Below are positions 12,424 through 21,086 of a DNA stretch of 32,000 nt, piece after piece. The position numbers and the translations under genes are program-made. This stretch comes from Candidatus Brocadia sp. (GTDB lineage: Bacteria > Planctomycetota > Brocadiia > Brocadiales > Brocadiaceae). The stretch lies in the NCBI GenBank assembly GCA_021650915.1, contig CP091279.1, forward strand, positions 2,490,001 through 2,522,000, in the 5' to 3' direction. The notes beneath the pieces are model-generated. The model was not told the origin of the DNA. It did no database searches and saw only the letters and a list, made by a program, of their open reading frames with translations. Positions within the stretch are counted from its first letter, which is position 1; each line of letters opens with the position of its first letter.

Positions 12424-15261
12424 ATGTTAACCAGCAAGAATCCACGTTCCACAAAAGAAGAAGACAAATCGTACCTGAAAATCTTTGTCGCGGTCAGTTT
12501 CATCCTTGTCGCCGTCACTGCATGGGTAATCGTCAATGAGACTGTTGACAGAAGACCCTGGAAGGAATACCAGAAGCAGTTCTACCGTCTGGAGTGCGAA
12601 AAGATAAAAGAAAACTATCAGAAAGAACTGGCAGTTTTTGAGAGTCCTGACATCCAGAAGAAATACGGGGAGACGAAAAAGAACCTGGAACGGGCATGGG
12701 AAGACTTTAAAAAACCGGCCATACAGGATGAATACCACAAGCTGTCGGAAGAGATCAGGAAAGGTACGGTCGAGTTAGAGACCCTGAAATTTCGCGGGAT
12801 CGTTGCCAGAAATGAAGGCATGGAGAAGGAATATCTCTACGGGATGACACAGGACGAACGCATCAAACGCGAGCTTGAGGAATTAGAGGCAACGGCGAAG
12901 GAATGTGCCGTCAGGACAAAAGACCTGGAAGGAAAAATCTCCCTGATGAAGGCGAGATTAGAGGAGCTGAAGAGCAAGGTCGATGCCTGCACAGAAGAGA
13001 TTGAAACCTATACCTCTGGTTTAGAGAAATACCGGGCGCAGTTAAAGGCCTTTCAGAAGACCCGCCCCAGCCTGCAGGTGTACCAGACCTCACTGGAAGA
13101 TTTAAACGTCGTTGACCGCTGTATGTCGTGTCATGTCGGCATAAATAAAACGGAAGCGGTGTCAGCAGAACAGCCGTACGCAAGCCATCCTGACCAGAAA
13201 TTGTACCTGGGCAATCATCCACCGGAACGATTTGGATGCGTGCTGTGTCACGATGGACAGGCGAGCGCTACATCAAGCGTAGAGAAGGCGCACGGCGAGG
13301 TCGAATACTGGCTTACCCCGTTGAATGAGGGCACATATGCGCAGGCGTCATGCATACGGTGTCATAAAGAGGGCAGGGAGGTAAAGGGCGGCGATGTGCT
13401 ATGGAGAGGCAAGCGACTGTTCGATGAACTCGGCTGTTATGGATGTCATGATACCGCTGGCTTTGGTGAAGACAAGCACCGGATGATAGGCCCGAGTCTC
13501 CGGCATATTAAGAACAAGGTGGATGAGGCGTGGATTACGGCATGGATAAAGGATCCAAAGGGGTTCAGGCCAACAACCTTGATGCCCGATTTCAGGCTTT
13601 CAGAAGAGGAATCCCAGGCCATAGCTGCCTACCTGTGGCAACACGCAGATGAAAAAGGAGCTTACGAAGAGATGCCTGCATTTGACGAAGCACAACTGTC
13701 TCAGGGTGATTTCCTGTTCGAACAGGTGGGGTGCATGGCATGCCACACCTATGACAAGGATGCAGCGCGGGGGTTTGCGCCTAATCTGGGGCGCATTGGT
13801 GAGAAGATGAAGTATGGGTATCTGGTGGAGTGGATCATGAATCCCAAAGGAAAAGAGCCGCTCACGCGCATGCCAGGCTTTCGGCTGGATCGGGAAAAGG
13901 CGAGCCTTGTCGCCGGTTATCTGATAAACAAAACTGGCACGGGCAATGCAAAAGAGGAATCCATAACGAATATGGCGTGGTTAGAGGATAAGGAGAAATC
14001 CCGCACCGGTGAGGCATTAATCAAGAGATACGGTTGCTTTGGCTGTCATGAGATAAAGGGTATGGAGGGACAAAGCAAGATAGGGACGGAGCTATCCGCA
14101 ATTGGATCAAAACCAGTACACCTCTTTGATTTTGGATTTCTGGAGAAAAAGGTCTTAGGCGAGGCGGGGCTCAGGCATGCCGCAGAAAATGTGGGAAAGG
14201 CGCGACAGGCATGGTTGCAGGCAAAGCTGCATGATCCCCGGCAGTTTGACGAAGGCAAATACAAAAAACCGGAGGATCGCCTGAAGATGCCTGCGTTTGG
14301 ATTACATGAGGAAGAAAGAGAGGCGCTGGTCGTTTTCTTAACCGGATTGAGGGAAGAGAAATTGCCCGAAAAATATCTTGCCCGACTGACAGAAAAAGAA
14401 CGGGCAATCGTTGAAGGAAAGAGATTGATAGGAAAATACAACTGTCTCGGCTGCCATCAGGTTGATCTGGACAGACTGCGTCTTGCTGGCGATATTGAAG
14501 TGACAGGGATGGTAAAGCTGGAGGAGGATGCGTCGGTTTATTTTCAACTTTGGGAAGACAACGAGCGGTTGGGACATAAGGCCGGTGAGACGGCGCTCAT
14601 AGAAAATGAGCAGATCATCGAAAGGAAAAGGGCCGCCGGTGGTGATATTGCACCCGAAATCATAGAGTATCATGTTGAAAATGAGGGGCTCGTGCCGGAA
14701 GAGGCGCGGGTATTTGCGCCTCCGTTATTGTACGGCGAAGGCAAGAAGGTGCAGCCTGAATGGTTATTCGGATTCCTGAAGGAGCCCTTTGACCTCAGAC
14801 CCTGGCTGGACGTAAAGATGCCCACGTTCGGCCTGCCCGATGCGGAAGCCGCAGGCCTTGCACGGTTCTTTGCGGAAAGAGAAGACGAGGCGTATCCCTT
14901 TGAATATATCGCTGAAACGAAAAAAGAATATTTAGGGGCAAAAGAGCGCCGGTCGCCGGGCTATCTTGGTGCAGCAAAGAGACTCTTTGAATCGAAGGAC
15001 GTCAACTGCATCCTGTGCCACGTAAAAGGGGAAACGATGCCGGAAGGCGATAAAACCGGCTGGGCGCCGGACCTCCTGCTTGCCAAAAGGAGACTGAAGC
15101 CGGCCTGGATAAAGCGGTGGCTCCTCGATCCACAATCGATCCAACCCGGCACAAAGATGCCCAAGTTTTTCAGAGAAGGTGAATTTCAGGATTATATCCC
15201 CGGCACACCCGAAGAACAGGCAGAGGTGATGAAGGATTATCTGATGAATTTGTTGGAATAG
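12424..15261 (+). CDS. Membrane-anchored octahaem c-type cytochrome (eight CxxCH motifs)
   Basis: The motifs are CMSCH, CVLCH, CIRCH, CYGCH, CMACH, CFGCH, CLGCH and CILCH. There is an N-terminal TM helix (IFVAVSFILVAVTAWVIV). The last five motifs each sit in a class-I-like unit ending in (L/R/K)MP(D/G/A/T/K)F. Confidence 0.9.
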   Translation: MLTSKNPRSTKEEDKSYLKIFVAVSFILVAVTAWVIVNETVDRRPWKEYQKQFYRLECEKIKENYQKELAVFESPDIQKKYGETKKNLERAWEDFKKPAIQDEYHKLSEEIRKGTVELETLKFRGIVARNEGMEKEYLYGMTQDERIKRELEELEATAKECAVRTKDLEGKISLMKARLEELKSKVDACTEEIETYTSGLEKYRAQLKAFQKTRPSLQVYQTSLEDLNVVDRCMSCHVGINKTEAVSAEQPYASHPDQKLYLGNHPPERFGCVLCHDGQASATSSVEKAHGEVEYWLTPLNEGTYAQASCIRCHKEGREVKGGDVLWRGKRLFDELGCYGCHDTAGFGEDKHRMIGPSLRHIKNKVDEAWITAWIKDPKGFRPTTLMPDFRLSEEESQAIAAYLWQHADEKGAYEEMPAFDEAQLSQGDFLFEQVGCMACHTYDKDAARGFAPNLGRIGEKMKYGYLVEWIMNPKGKEPLTRMPGFRLDREKASLVAGYLINKTGTGNAKEESITNMAWLEDKEKSRTGEALIKRYGCFGCHEIKGMEGQSKIGTELSAIGSKPVHLFDFGFLEKKVLGEAGLRHAAENVGKARQAWLQAKLHDPRQFDEGKYKKPEDRLKMPAFGLHEEEREALVVFLTGLREEKLPEKYLARLTEKERAIVEGKRLIGKYNCLGCHQVDLDRLRLAGDIEVTGMVKLEEDASVYFQLWEDNERLGHKAGETALIENEQIIERKRAAGGDIAPEIIEYHVENEGLVPEEARVFAPPLLYGEGKKVQPEWLFGFLKEPFDLRPWLDVKMPTFGLPDAEAAGLARFFAEREDEAYPFEYIAETKKEYLGAKERRSPGYLGAAKRLFESKDVNCILCHVKGETMPEGDKTGWAPDLLLAKRRLKPAWIKRWLLDPQSIQPGTKMPKFFREGEFQDYIPGTPEEQAEVMKDYLMNLLE

Positions 15262-15665
15262 TTCAAGAATTATCTTGAAAGTAATCTCAGAAAAACTTAA
15301 AGTTACTGAGCAAAATGGGCGTTAATCACATCTTTAAAAAACTTGCGCAAAGAAAATAGGCTTCTCATGGGCAAGATATACTCCACAGTCTCACAATTTG
15401 TGATTTATAGTAGTTCAACACGGACAAACAGAGTTTGTCCATGCCACCTTATTATCAATTTAAAATTCATATTTTATGAGCATCTTGAGTATAACTTACG
15501 AACTGCCAAAAGAAAAAAAATTGATAGAGAAGAAACCTTAGACCTGGTTTTCAAAGATTCTCCGTTAAACATGGATTTGGGAGTTTCCTAAAAAAATTCT
15601 AAAATAACAGAGGAATTTAAGAGTTTACAAGGAAACAAGGGGTAGGATTCAGGAGGAAATATGAG

Positions 15666-15992
15666 ATGACAGTCAAAACTGGGAAAAATATAATTCCAAA
15701 AATAGTTAAAAAAATAAAAGAAGAATATCAACCAGAAAAAATCGTCCTTTTCGGCTCTTATGCATATGGTAAACCTTCAAAAGATAGTGATATTGACCTG
15801 CTCATTATTAAAGAATCGAACAAAAGAAGAATTGACAGATTTTGCGAGGTGCGAAAGATACTCAGAGATATAAAGGGTATATCCATTCAACCAGTAGTTC
15901 TTACAAAAGACGAACTCAACAAAAGAATAAAAATGGGTGACGATTTCATAAAGGGAATATTGGCTGAGGGAAAAGTTTTACATGGAGAATAA
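15666..15992 (+). CDS. Nucleotidyltransferase-domain protein (MNT-type antitoxin)
   Basis: It has the motif LFGSYAYGKPSKDSDIDLLII. AGGAGG lies about 10 nt upstream. It overlaps the downstream HEPN gene by 11 nt. Confidence 0.85.
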   Translation: MTVKTGKNIIPKIVKKIKEEYQPEKIVLFGSYAYGKPSKDSDIDLLIIKESNKRRIDRFCEVRKILRDIKGISIQPVVLTKDELNKRIKMGDDFIKGILAEGKVLHGE

Positions 15993-16335
15993 TATTAGAA
16001 TAAGGGCAAGAGAGTGGTTTGAAAAGGCAGACCATGATTTTGATGCCGTAAATGATATTCTAAAAGGCTCAGGACATCCCGATGTAGCAGGCGTATTACT
16101 CCAGCAGGGAGTCGAGAAATATCTTAAGGGATACCTGATAAGCAAGGGATGGAAACTTGTAAAGACACATGACCTGAAACAACTTCTTGATGAAGCAGTA
16201 AAACATAATACATTATTTGATACTTATTACAATCTCTTGGATATGATAACCGAATATTATTTTGAAGAGAAATATCCTTTTGGCGAAACGGAGGTTACAT
16301 TAGAAGAAATTAAACAGAATCTCAAAAAAAGTTAA
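15982..16335 (+). CDS. HEPN-domain protein (putative toxin of the second MNT/HEPN pair)
   Basis: 117 aa and helical. The block W..A..D...A......G.P......LLQQGVEKYLKGYL...G....KTHDL..LL fits Pfam-HEPN-like proteins. It is paired with the NTase gene. Confidence 0.7.
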   Translation: MENNIRIRAREWFEKADHDFDAVNDILKGSGHPDVAGVLLQQGVEKYLKGYLISKGWKLVKTHDLKQLLDEAVKHNTLFDTYYNLLDMITEYYFEEKYPFGETEVTLEEIKQNLKKS

Positions 16336-16683
16336 ACAAATGATTAATCTCATAAAAAAAGATTTTGGAAAAAAGTAATGCCCTGTGTGGCTATAATTCA
16401 AGCTTTCATCATTATTACGTAAAGTAAGACCATATATCAGCGAGGAGGGTGGGTTAAGCCTGTCCTGTGTTTGCAAAGGGCGGAGCGAACCCACCACAAT
16501 ATGGTGGTGGTTCGGCGTAAGAGACAGCGCCTTAATACACTCTACACGGCTTGTTCTTTCGGACAAGAGACATTGACATCTGTACTTCTATGTTATAACA
16601 TGGTTATAATTTTAGGCTGATTTTCAATTCTTATAACATTACCTATTAATTAAATAACTACGGTAAATAACAGGGGTATAATC

Positions 16684-16932
16684 ATGTTACGTAAAATATG
16701 TGCAATAGGCAACAGTTGCGGAGTTTCCATTCCAAAAGAGATATTGGAAAAATTTCATTTGACTGTAGGTACACAGGTTGAGGTAAAAGTGGATGAAAAG
16801 GCAAAGAAGATCATCATTGAGCCTGCAGTTCACAAGACGCCTTCTGAGATAATCGACAGGGAATTTGCCGCTCAGGTCAATGATTTTATAGAACATTACA
16901 AACCAGCGCTGAAAGTGCTTGCCCAAAAATAA
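16684..16932 (+). CDS. AbrB/MazE/SpoVT-family antitoxin
   Basis: The N-terminus is a swapped-hairpin motif: KICAIGNSCGVSIPKEILEKFHLTVGTQVEVKVDE. It lies immediately upstream of doc. Confidence 0.8.
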   Translation: MLRKICAIGNSCGVSIPKEILEKFHLTVGTQVEVKVDEKAKKIIIEPAVHKTPSEIIDREFAAQVNDFIEHYKPALKVLAQK

Positions 16933-16940
16933 GGAAGTAT

Positions 16941-17317
16941 TTGACGCCTGAGCAAGCACTCTTTAACCATCACGGTTAATAGAAGAAACAGGTGGTCGCC
17001 ATGGGATTCGCAACCTCTCATTGCTCCAGTCGGCACTAGCAAGACCTAAAGCTACCTTTGACAATAATGACCTTTATCCGGATCTATTCACCAAGGCAGC
17101 TTCACTTATGCATTCCCTTGTTAAAAATCACCCATTTACAGACGGCAACAAGAGAACCGCCATCGCAGCGGCATCGATTTTTCTCCTTCGCAACAATTAC
17201 CGCCTCACGGCACCGAACAAGGAACTCGAACGGTTTACGCTGAAGGTAGCCAGCGAACACCTTGTATTAAAGGAAATAGCGCCTTGGTTCAAAGGGCATT
17301 CCATGAGAGTCGTGTAA
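16941..17317 (+). pseudogene. doc: Doc (death-on-curing, Fic-fold) toxin gene interrupted by a 1-nt frameshift near 16973
   Basis: Frame 1 reads (TTG)TPEQALFNHHG* with its stop at 16977-16979. The next frame continues RLIEETGGRHGIRNLSLLQSALARPKATF...HPFTDGNKRTA (Fic/Doc motif). Joined, they parallel the P1 Doc N-terminus (ISPEELIALHDANISRYGG). Confidence 0.7.
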
Positions 17318-17407
17318 GTTGAGTAGCGCAAATAGGACTCCACTGCACGGCTTCAACCAGTTCTGCAAACGGGTAAAAGAAGGAGAGAAAAAGGAAAGGA
17401 GGGCATC

Positions 17408-18865
17408 ATGAAACATCATCATCATTGTATGTTCACTCTTATTTTTGTAATATTTTTTACCGGATGTGGCACCGCAAGCAAGCCAAAGCTTATTAAGAAA
17501 GAAAAGATTTATGGCACTGACGGCGAGGGTTTATCGATCTTTCATCGTATTGCAGAGAGAGATGGCGGGCTTGGTCTCAAATTCCCCGGATTCATAATTT
17601 CGATTGAAAAGGCCTACCGGGAAAAGATCAGAAAAAAAGACTACAAAAAGAATAGCCCCGACTTTGAAAGCATCAATAATGAGCATTTCCAGGGTAATAC
17701 ATCATATCAAAAGAGTGTTTCCCGTATCTTGGACGATCGCAAAAGAACGTTCATTTCACATCTCGTTGAGTATCGTATGGATCAGTATAAGGGATACATC
17801 AGAGAAGACTTTTTTTACAATGCATATGATAAATGCTTTGACACTAAAACAGAAGATGTCTACCTGAAGGGTTTGTTGAAATTGGATGAATTAAGAAACA
17901 GGATATTTATGAACGACAGCGAAACGCCATACACGCACATCTTTCTCTATTGTATGGGATGGAATACCGATCAGCAGGAATCTGTCAGAAATTACAACAG
18001 CCTTTTTTCGCAAATAATAAAGGCGCATACGGAAGGCGCTCCCTTTAGGCCGTTATTTATCGGAATATCGTGGCCATCAGAGTGGCGGTCTCAATTTCTC
18101 GGAGGTTTTATCAGCGCGATAAGTTATGGAGCCAAGGCAGACGACGCTGATGAAGTTGGACTCATGTGGGTAAATAAAATACTCTGGAATATCCTGGCGC
18201 CTTTGAAGAGGGCGAAACGGATTCCCCTCATCGTGGTAGGCCACAGCTTTGGCGCGAGGGTTGTTACCAGGGCAGTATTCAGTAACGGGCTGATTGATAT
18301 ACCGGCTGGCGAAAAAGGCTTACCGGCTGTGTCGGAAGCAGCAGAGGACATAGACCTCGTGGTAGGATTACAGGGGGCATTCAGCATCAGGAGGTTTATT
18401 CCGGAAGACGGCAAAGAGGGCTCGCCGTACGGTGACTTTGCCAGGAACAGGTATGCAAAGAAATTTGTATTTACGTGGAGTGAACATGACTTTGCAAATC
18501 CCATTGCAAAATTCTTTACCGGGGCCAGCCATATCGGCGGGAGGTATGGGCATGAAGTGTCGCTGGACCATCAGGATATCTTTAATCATTATACAATAGA
18601 AGTAAAGGAAGACGCCTGTAACTACGACGTGACCGTAAGAGAAATCCAGCGGGAAATGGGTGGAAAAATAAAAGACGAAGAGCAATTGGGGTGGAATGAG
18701 AGCTTTCGGCATCCCGAAAAAATCTCCATCGTTGATGCGTCAGCGTTAATAAAAAACAAACCCTATGGGAAAGGTGGCAACGCCCACAGCGATATCTATA
18801 CCCCGGGTGTTGCACATTTTCTATGGAATTGCATCCACAACATTGAAAATATTCAATCGCGGTGA
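17408..18865 (+). CDS. Lipoprotein with a DUF900-type alpha/beta-hydrolase domain
   Basis: It has the lipobox FFTGC. The motifs ISWPSEW and the nucleophile elbow VVGHSFGARV match the DUF900 (PF05990) pattern as I recall it. GGAGGG lies upstream. Confidence 0.7.
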   Translation: MKHHHHCMFTLIFVIFFTGCGTASKPKLIKKEKIYGTDGEGLSIFHRIAERDGGLGLKFPGFIISIEKAYREKIRKKDYKKNSPDFESINNEHFQGNTSYQKSVSRILDDRKRTFISHLVEYRMDQYKGYIREDFFYNAYDKCFDTKTEDVYLKGLLKLDELRNRIFMNDSETPYTHIFLYCMGWNTDQQESVRNYNSLFSQIIKAHTEGAPFRPLFIGISWPSEWRSQFLGGFISAISYGAKADDADEVGLMWVNKILWNILAPLKRAKRIPLIVVGHSFGARVVTRAVFSNGLIDIPAGEKGLPAVSEAAEDIDLVVGLQGAFSIRRFIPEDGKEGSPYGDFARNRYAKKFVFTWSEHDFANPIAKFFTGASHIGGRYGHEVSLDHQDIFNHYTIEVKEDACNYDVTVREIQREMGGKIKDEEQLGWNESFRHPEKISIVDASALIKNKPYGKGGNAHSDIYTPGVAHFLWNCIHNIENIQSR

Positions 18866-18921
18866 CAGAGACCGGTTTTCCTGTTTATTTTTTTCGTTAC
18901 CTTGGCCAATAAAGAAAGATT

Positions 18922-19752
18922 ATGAAACACAACATAAAGAGCAGCGCGTACAAAATTATGCATGAGGTATCAAACGCAGATACCAGGGTCAGGGCATTCC
19001 ATGTCTCCCTTACAACCTTGATCTTACTCAATGTACTTGCCGTTATCCTGGAAACCGTAGAAAGCATTGCAACACAATATCGGGTCTTTTTCACGGCATT
19101 TGATGTATTCTCTATAGGTGTCTTTACCATTGAATATCTATTACGCCTCTGGACTTGCACTGCCGATGCGAGATTTCGCGGTGCGGTGAAAGGAAGGGCC
19201 CGGTTTACCGTGACGCCTTTCTCCCTTATAGATCTGATGGCAATTTTGCCATTTTACTTACCCATGTTCCTCCCCCTCGATTTGCGGTTTATAAGGGCAT
19301 TACGACTCTTCCGGCTGTTCCGTATCTTAAAAATGGGGAGATATTCAGAATCGATAAGAACGCTGGGAAACGTCCTGAAAGAAGAAAAGGAAGCGCTCGC
19401 TATAACCGTATTTGCCGTATTGATCCTGCTCGTGGTCGCATCAAGTCTCATGTATTTTGTTGAAAATGCCGCCCAGCCAGAGGCCTTCTCCAGCATACCG
19501 GAGGCCATGTGGTGGGGTGTGGCCACCTTGACCACGGTTGGCTACGGCGACATCTGTCCGATAACCCCTCTGGGAAGGTTTTTGGGGGCAATTATTGCTC
19601 TGTTAGGCATTGGAACGATTGCGGTACCGGCAGGAATAGTGACCTCCGGCTTTGCCAGGGAGATTCAAAAAAAGCATGGGAAAAGAGGCATGTGCCCATA
19701 TTGTGGAAAAGAAATGGCTGAACCGCCGGAAAGGTCATCAACCAGCAAATAA
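18922..19752 (+). CDS. Voltage-gated K+ channel (six-TM Kv/KvAP-like)
   Basis: It has the selectivity filter TTVGYGD and the S4 arginine ladder RFIRALRLFRLFRILKMGR. Six hydrophobic segments are present. Confidence 0.9.
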   Translation: MKHNIKSSAYKIMHEVSNADTRVRAFHVSLTTLILLNVLAVILETVESIATQYRVFFTAFDVFSIGVFTIEYLLRLWTCTADARFRGAVKGRARFTVTPFSLIDLMAILPFYLPMFLPLDLRFIRALRLFRLFRILKMGRYSESIRTLGNVLKEEKEALAITVFAVLILLVVASSLMYFVENAAQPEAFSSIPEAMWWGVATLTTVGYGDICPITPLGRFLGAIIALLGIGTIAVPAGIVTSGFAREIQKKHGKRGMCPYCGKEMAEPPERSSTSK

Positions 19753-19865
19753 CTACTGCAAATTTCATATCAACTTTAATGAAAATGCCGGATATGAATG
19801 CCTGATGTGTTCGGTTTCGTTCCTCAACCCTTCTTATATAATGAACAGCGAAAGGAGAAAATACC

Positions 19866-20543
19866 ATGTCAGAAATATTAGAAATACCTGATCAAGCCGC
19901 ACAGCAAAAACGGCCGGACGAAAGGCCCGTTGGCAAAATGATTGTTGTGATATTTATGGCATACCTTGTTTGTTTCTCAGGCTTCCTTCTCTATGGCATC
20001 ATCCAATTCTGGCCGGTCTCTTTTGCCCTTCCGGTAAAAGATGGAGCGCCTCCCGACCAACTCGTGATTTTTCTTTTTAAAAAGTTTCCCATCTCAGATG
20101 AAAAACGCACCCTTCTTATCGTAATCCTTTCCGGTGCGCTGGGCAGCCTCGTTCATGCGCTCAGGTCATTTTATAAATACGTAGGCAACAAAGAACTCGT
20201 GTGGAGCTGGCTGGCAATGTATATTATGTTACCCTTTGTTGGAGCAACCCTAGGCCTTGTTCTTTATCTCATCATTCTGGGCGGTTTCTTCTCGTCCCAG
20301 TCAACGATGCAGCAAACCAACCCCTTCGGGTTTATGGCAATGGCCGCGCTGGCCGGACTGTTTTCAGAGCAGGCAATACTCAAACTGAAAACCGTGGCAG
20401 AGACGTTATTAACCAAACCGGAAACCATGGGAAATCCTCTGTCTGTGGACAAGGAAGGATTGGAATCAAAAGAAAAACAGGAAGATGCAGAAAAGAAGCC
20501 GCCTCAACAAAACCCGGAGACAACAAGTGGCAAGCCACATTGA
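19866..20543 (+). CDS. Integral membrane protein of unknown function (about 4 TM, acidic/lysine-rich tail)
   Basis: Its hydrophobic segments include MIVVIFMAYLVCFSGFLLYGII, LLIVILSGALGSLVHAL, WLAMYIMLPFVGATLGLVLYLIILGG and FGFMAMAALAGLF. GGAGAA lies upstream. Confidence 0.6.
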   Translation: MSEILEIPDQAAQQKRPDERPVGKMIVVIFMAYLVCFSGFLLYGIIQFWPVSFALPVKDGAPPDQLVIFLFKKFPISDEKRTLLIVILSGALGSLVHALRSFYKYVGNKELVWSWLAMYIMLPFVGATLGLVLYLIILGGFFSSQSTMQQTNPFGFMAMAALAGLFSEQAILKLKTVAETLLTKPETMGNPLSVDKEGLESKEKQEDAEKKPPQQNPETTSGKPH

Positions 20544-20855
20544 AGACAAAGACGGGAATCTCATCCGAAGAATTAAAGAAAGAAAACGCATCTCTTTCCT
20601 TGGATACAATGCCTGGATCCCCCCTTATGCGGACTCCGGAATAAGGCAACAAGAGGCAGTGGTTGACAGAAGCATAGGACGGAGTGCTTGTTATCGGGTT
20701 GCAAAGCACATTTAACGACAGGAGACTCATTTTGTAAAAAGCAAGGCCTGATCGCCGCACCGCGAGTTTACCAAAAACAGGTGTGTAAATTTTTTGTTAT
20801 TGCGGCACTGCGTTCAGGGAAAAAGGGAAAAGGATAGGAACGGGAAGGTGGCGTT

Positions 20856-21080
20856 ATGGCTGAATTAGGGGCGTTTGGCAAGATTTTAATAGGCCTGGGC
20901 ATTATTCTGATTATTATCGGTGGACTGTTTGTGGCCGGGGACAAGATCCCTTTTCTGGGAAGACTGCCTGGCGATATCGCCATTCAAAAGAAAAACTTTA
21001 GTTTTTACTTTCCCATCACTACCTGCATCGTCATCAGTATCATCTTCTCCCTGATCATGTGGTTGTTGCGCAAAAGATAA
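20856..21080 (+). CDS. DUF2905-family small membrane protein
   Basis: 74 aa. FLGRLPGDIAIQKKNFSFYFPITTCIVISIIFSLIMWLL matches the DUF2905 pattern as I recall it. Confidence 0.7.
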   Translation: MAELGAFGKILIGLGIILIIIGGLFVAGDKIPFLGRLPGDIAIQKKNFSFYFPITTCIVISIIFSLIMWLLRKR

Positions 21081-21086
21081 AACGGG

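Noticed and set aside
15343-15591. An 82-aa track ORF in the AT-rich spacer after the octahaem gene.
   Set aside because: It has no RBS, its composition is driven by AT-rich DNA, and it has no recognisable motif.
19690-19752. The C-terminal CPYCGKEM of the K+ channel, considered as a zinc-ribbon regulatory domain.
   Set aside because: Only a single CxxC pair is present, which is insufficient for a zinc ribbon.
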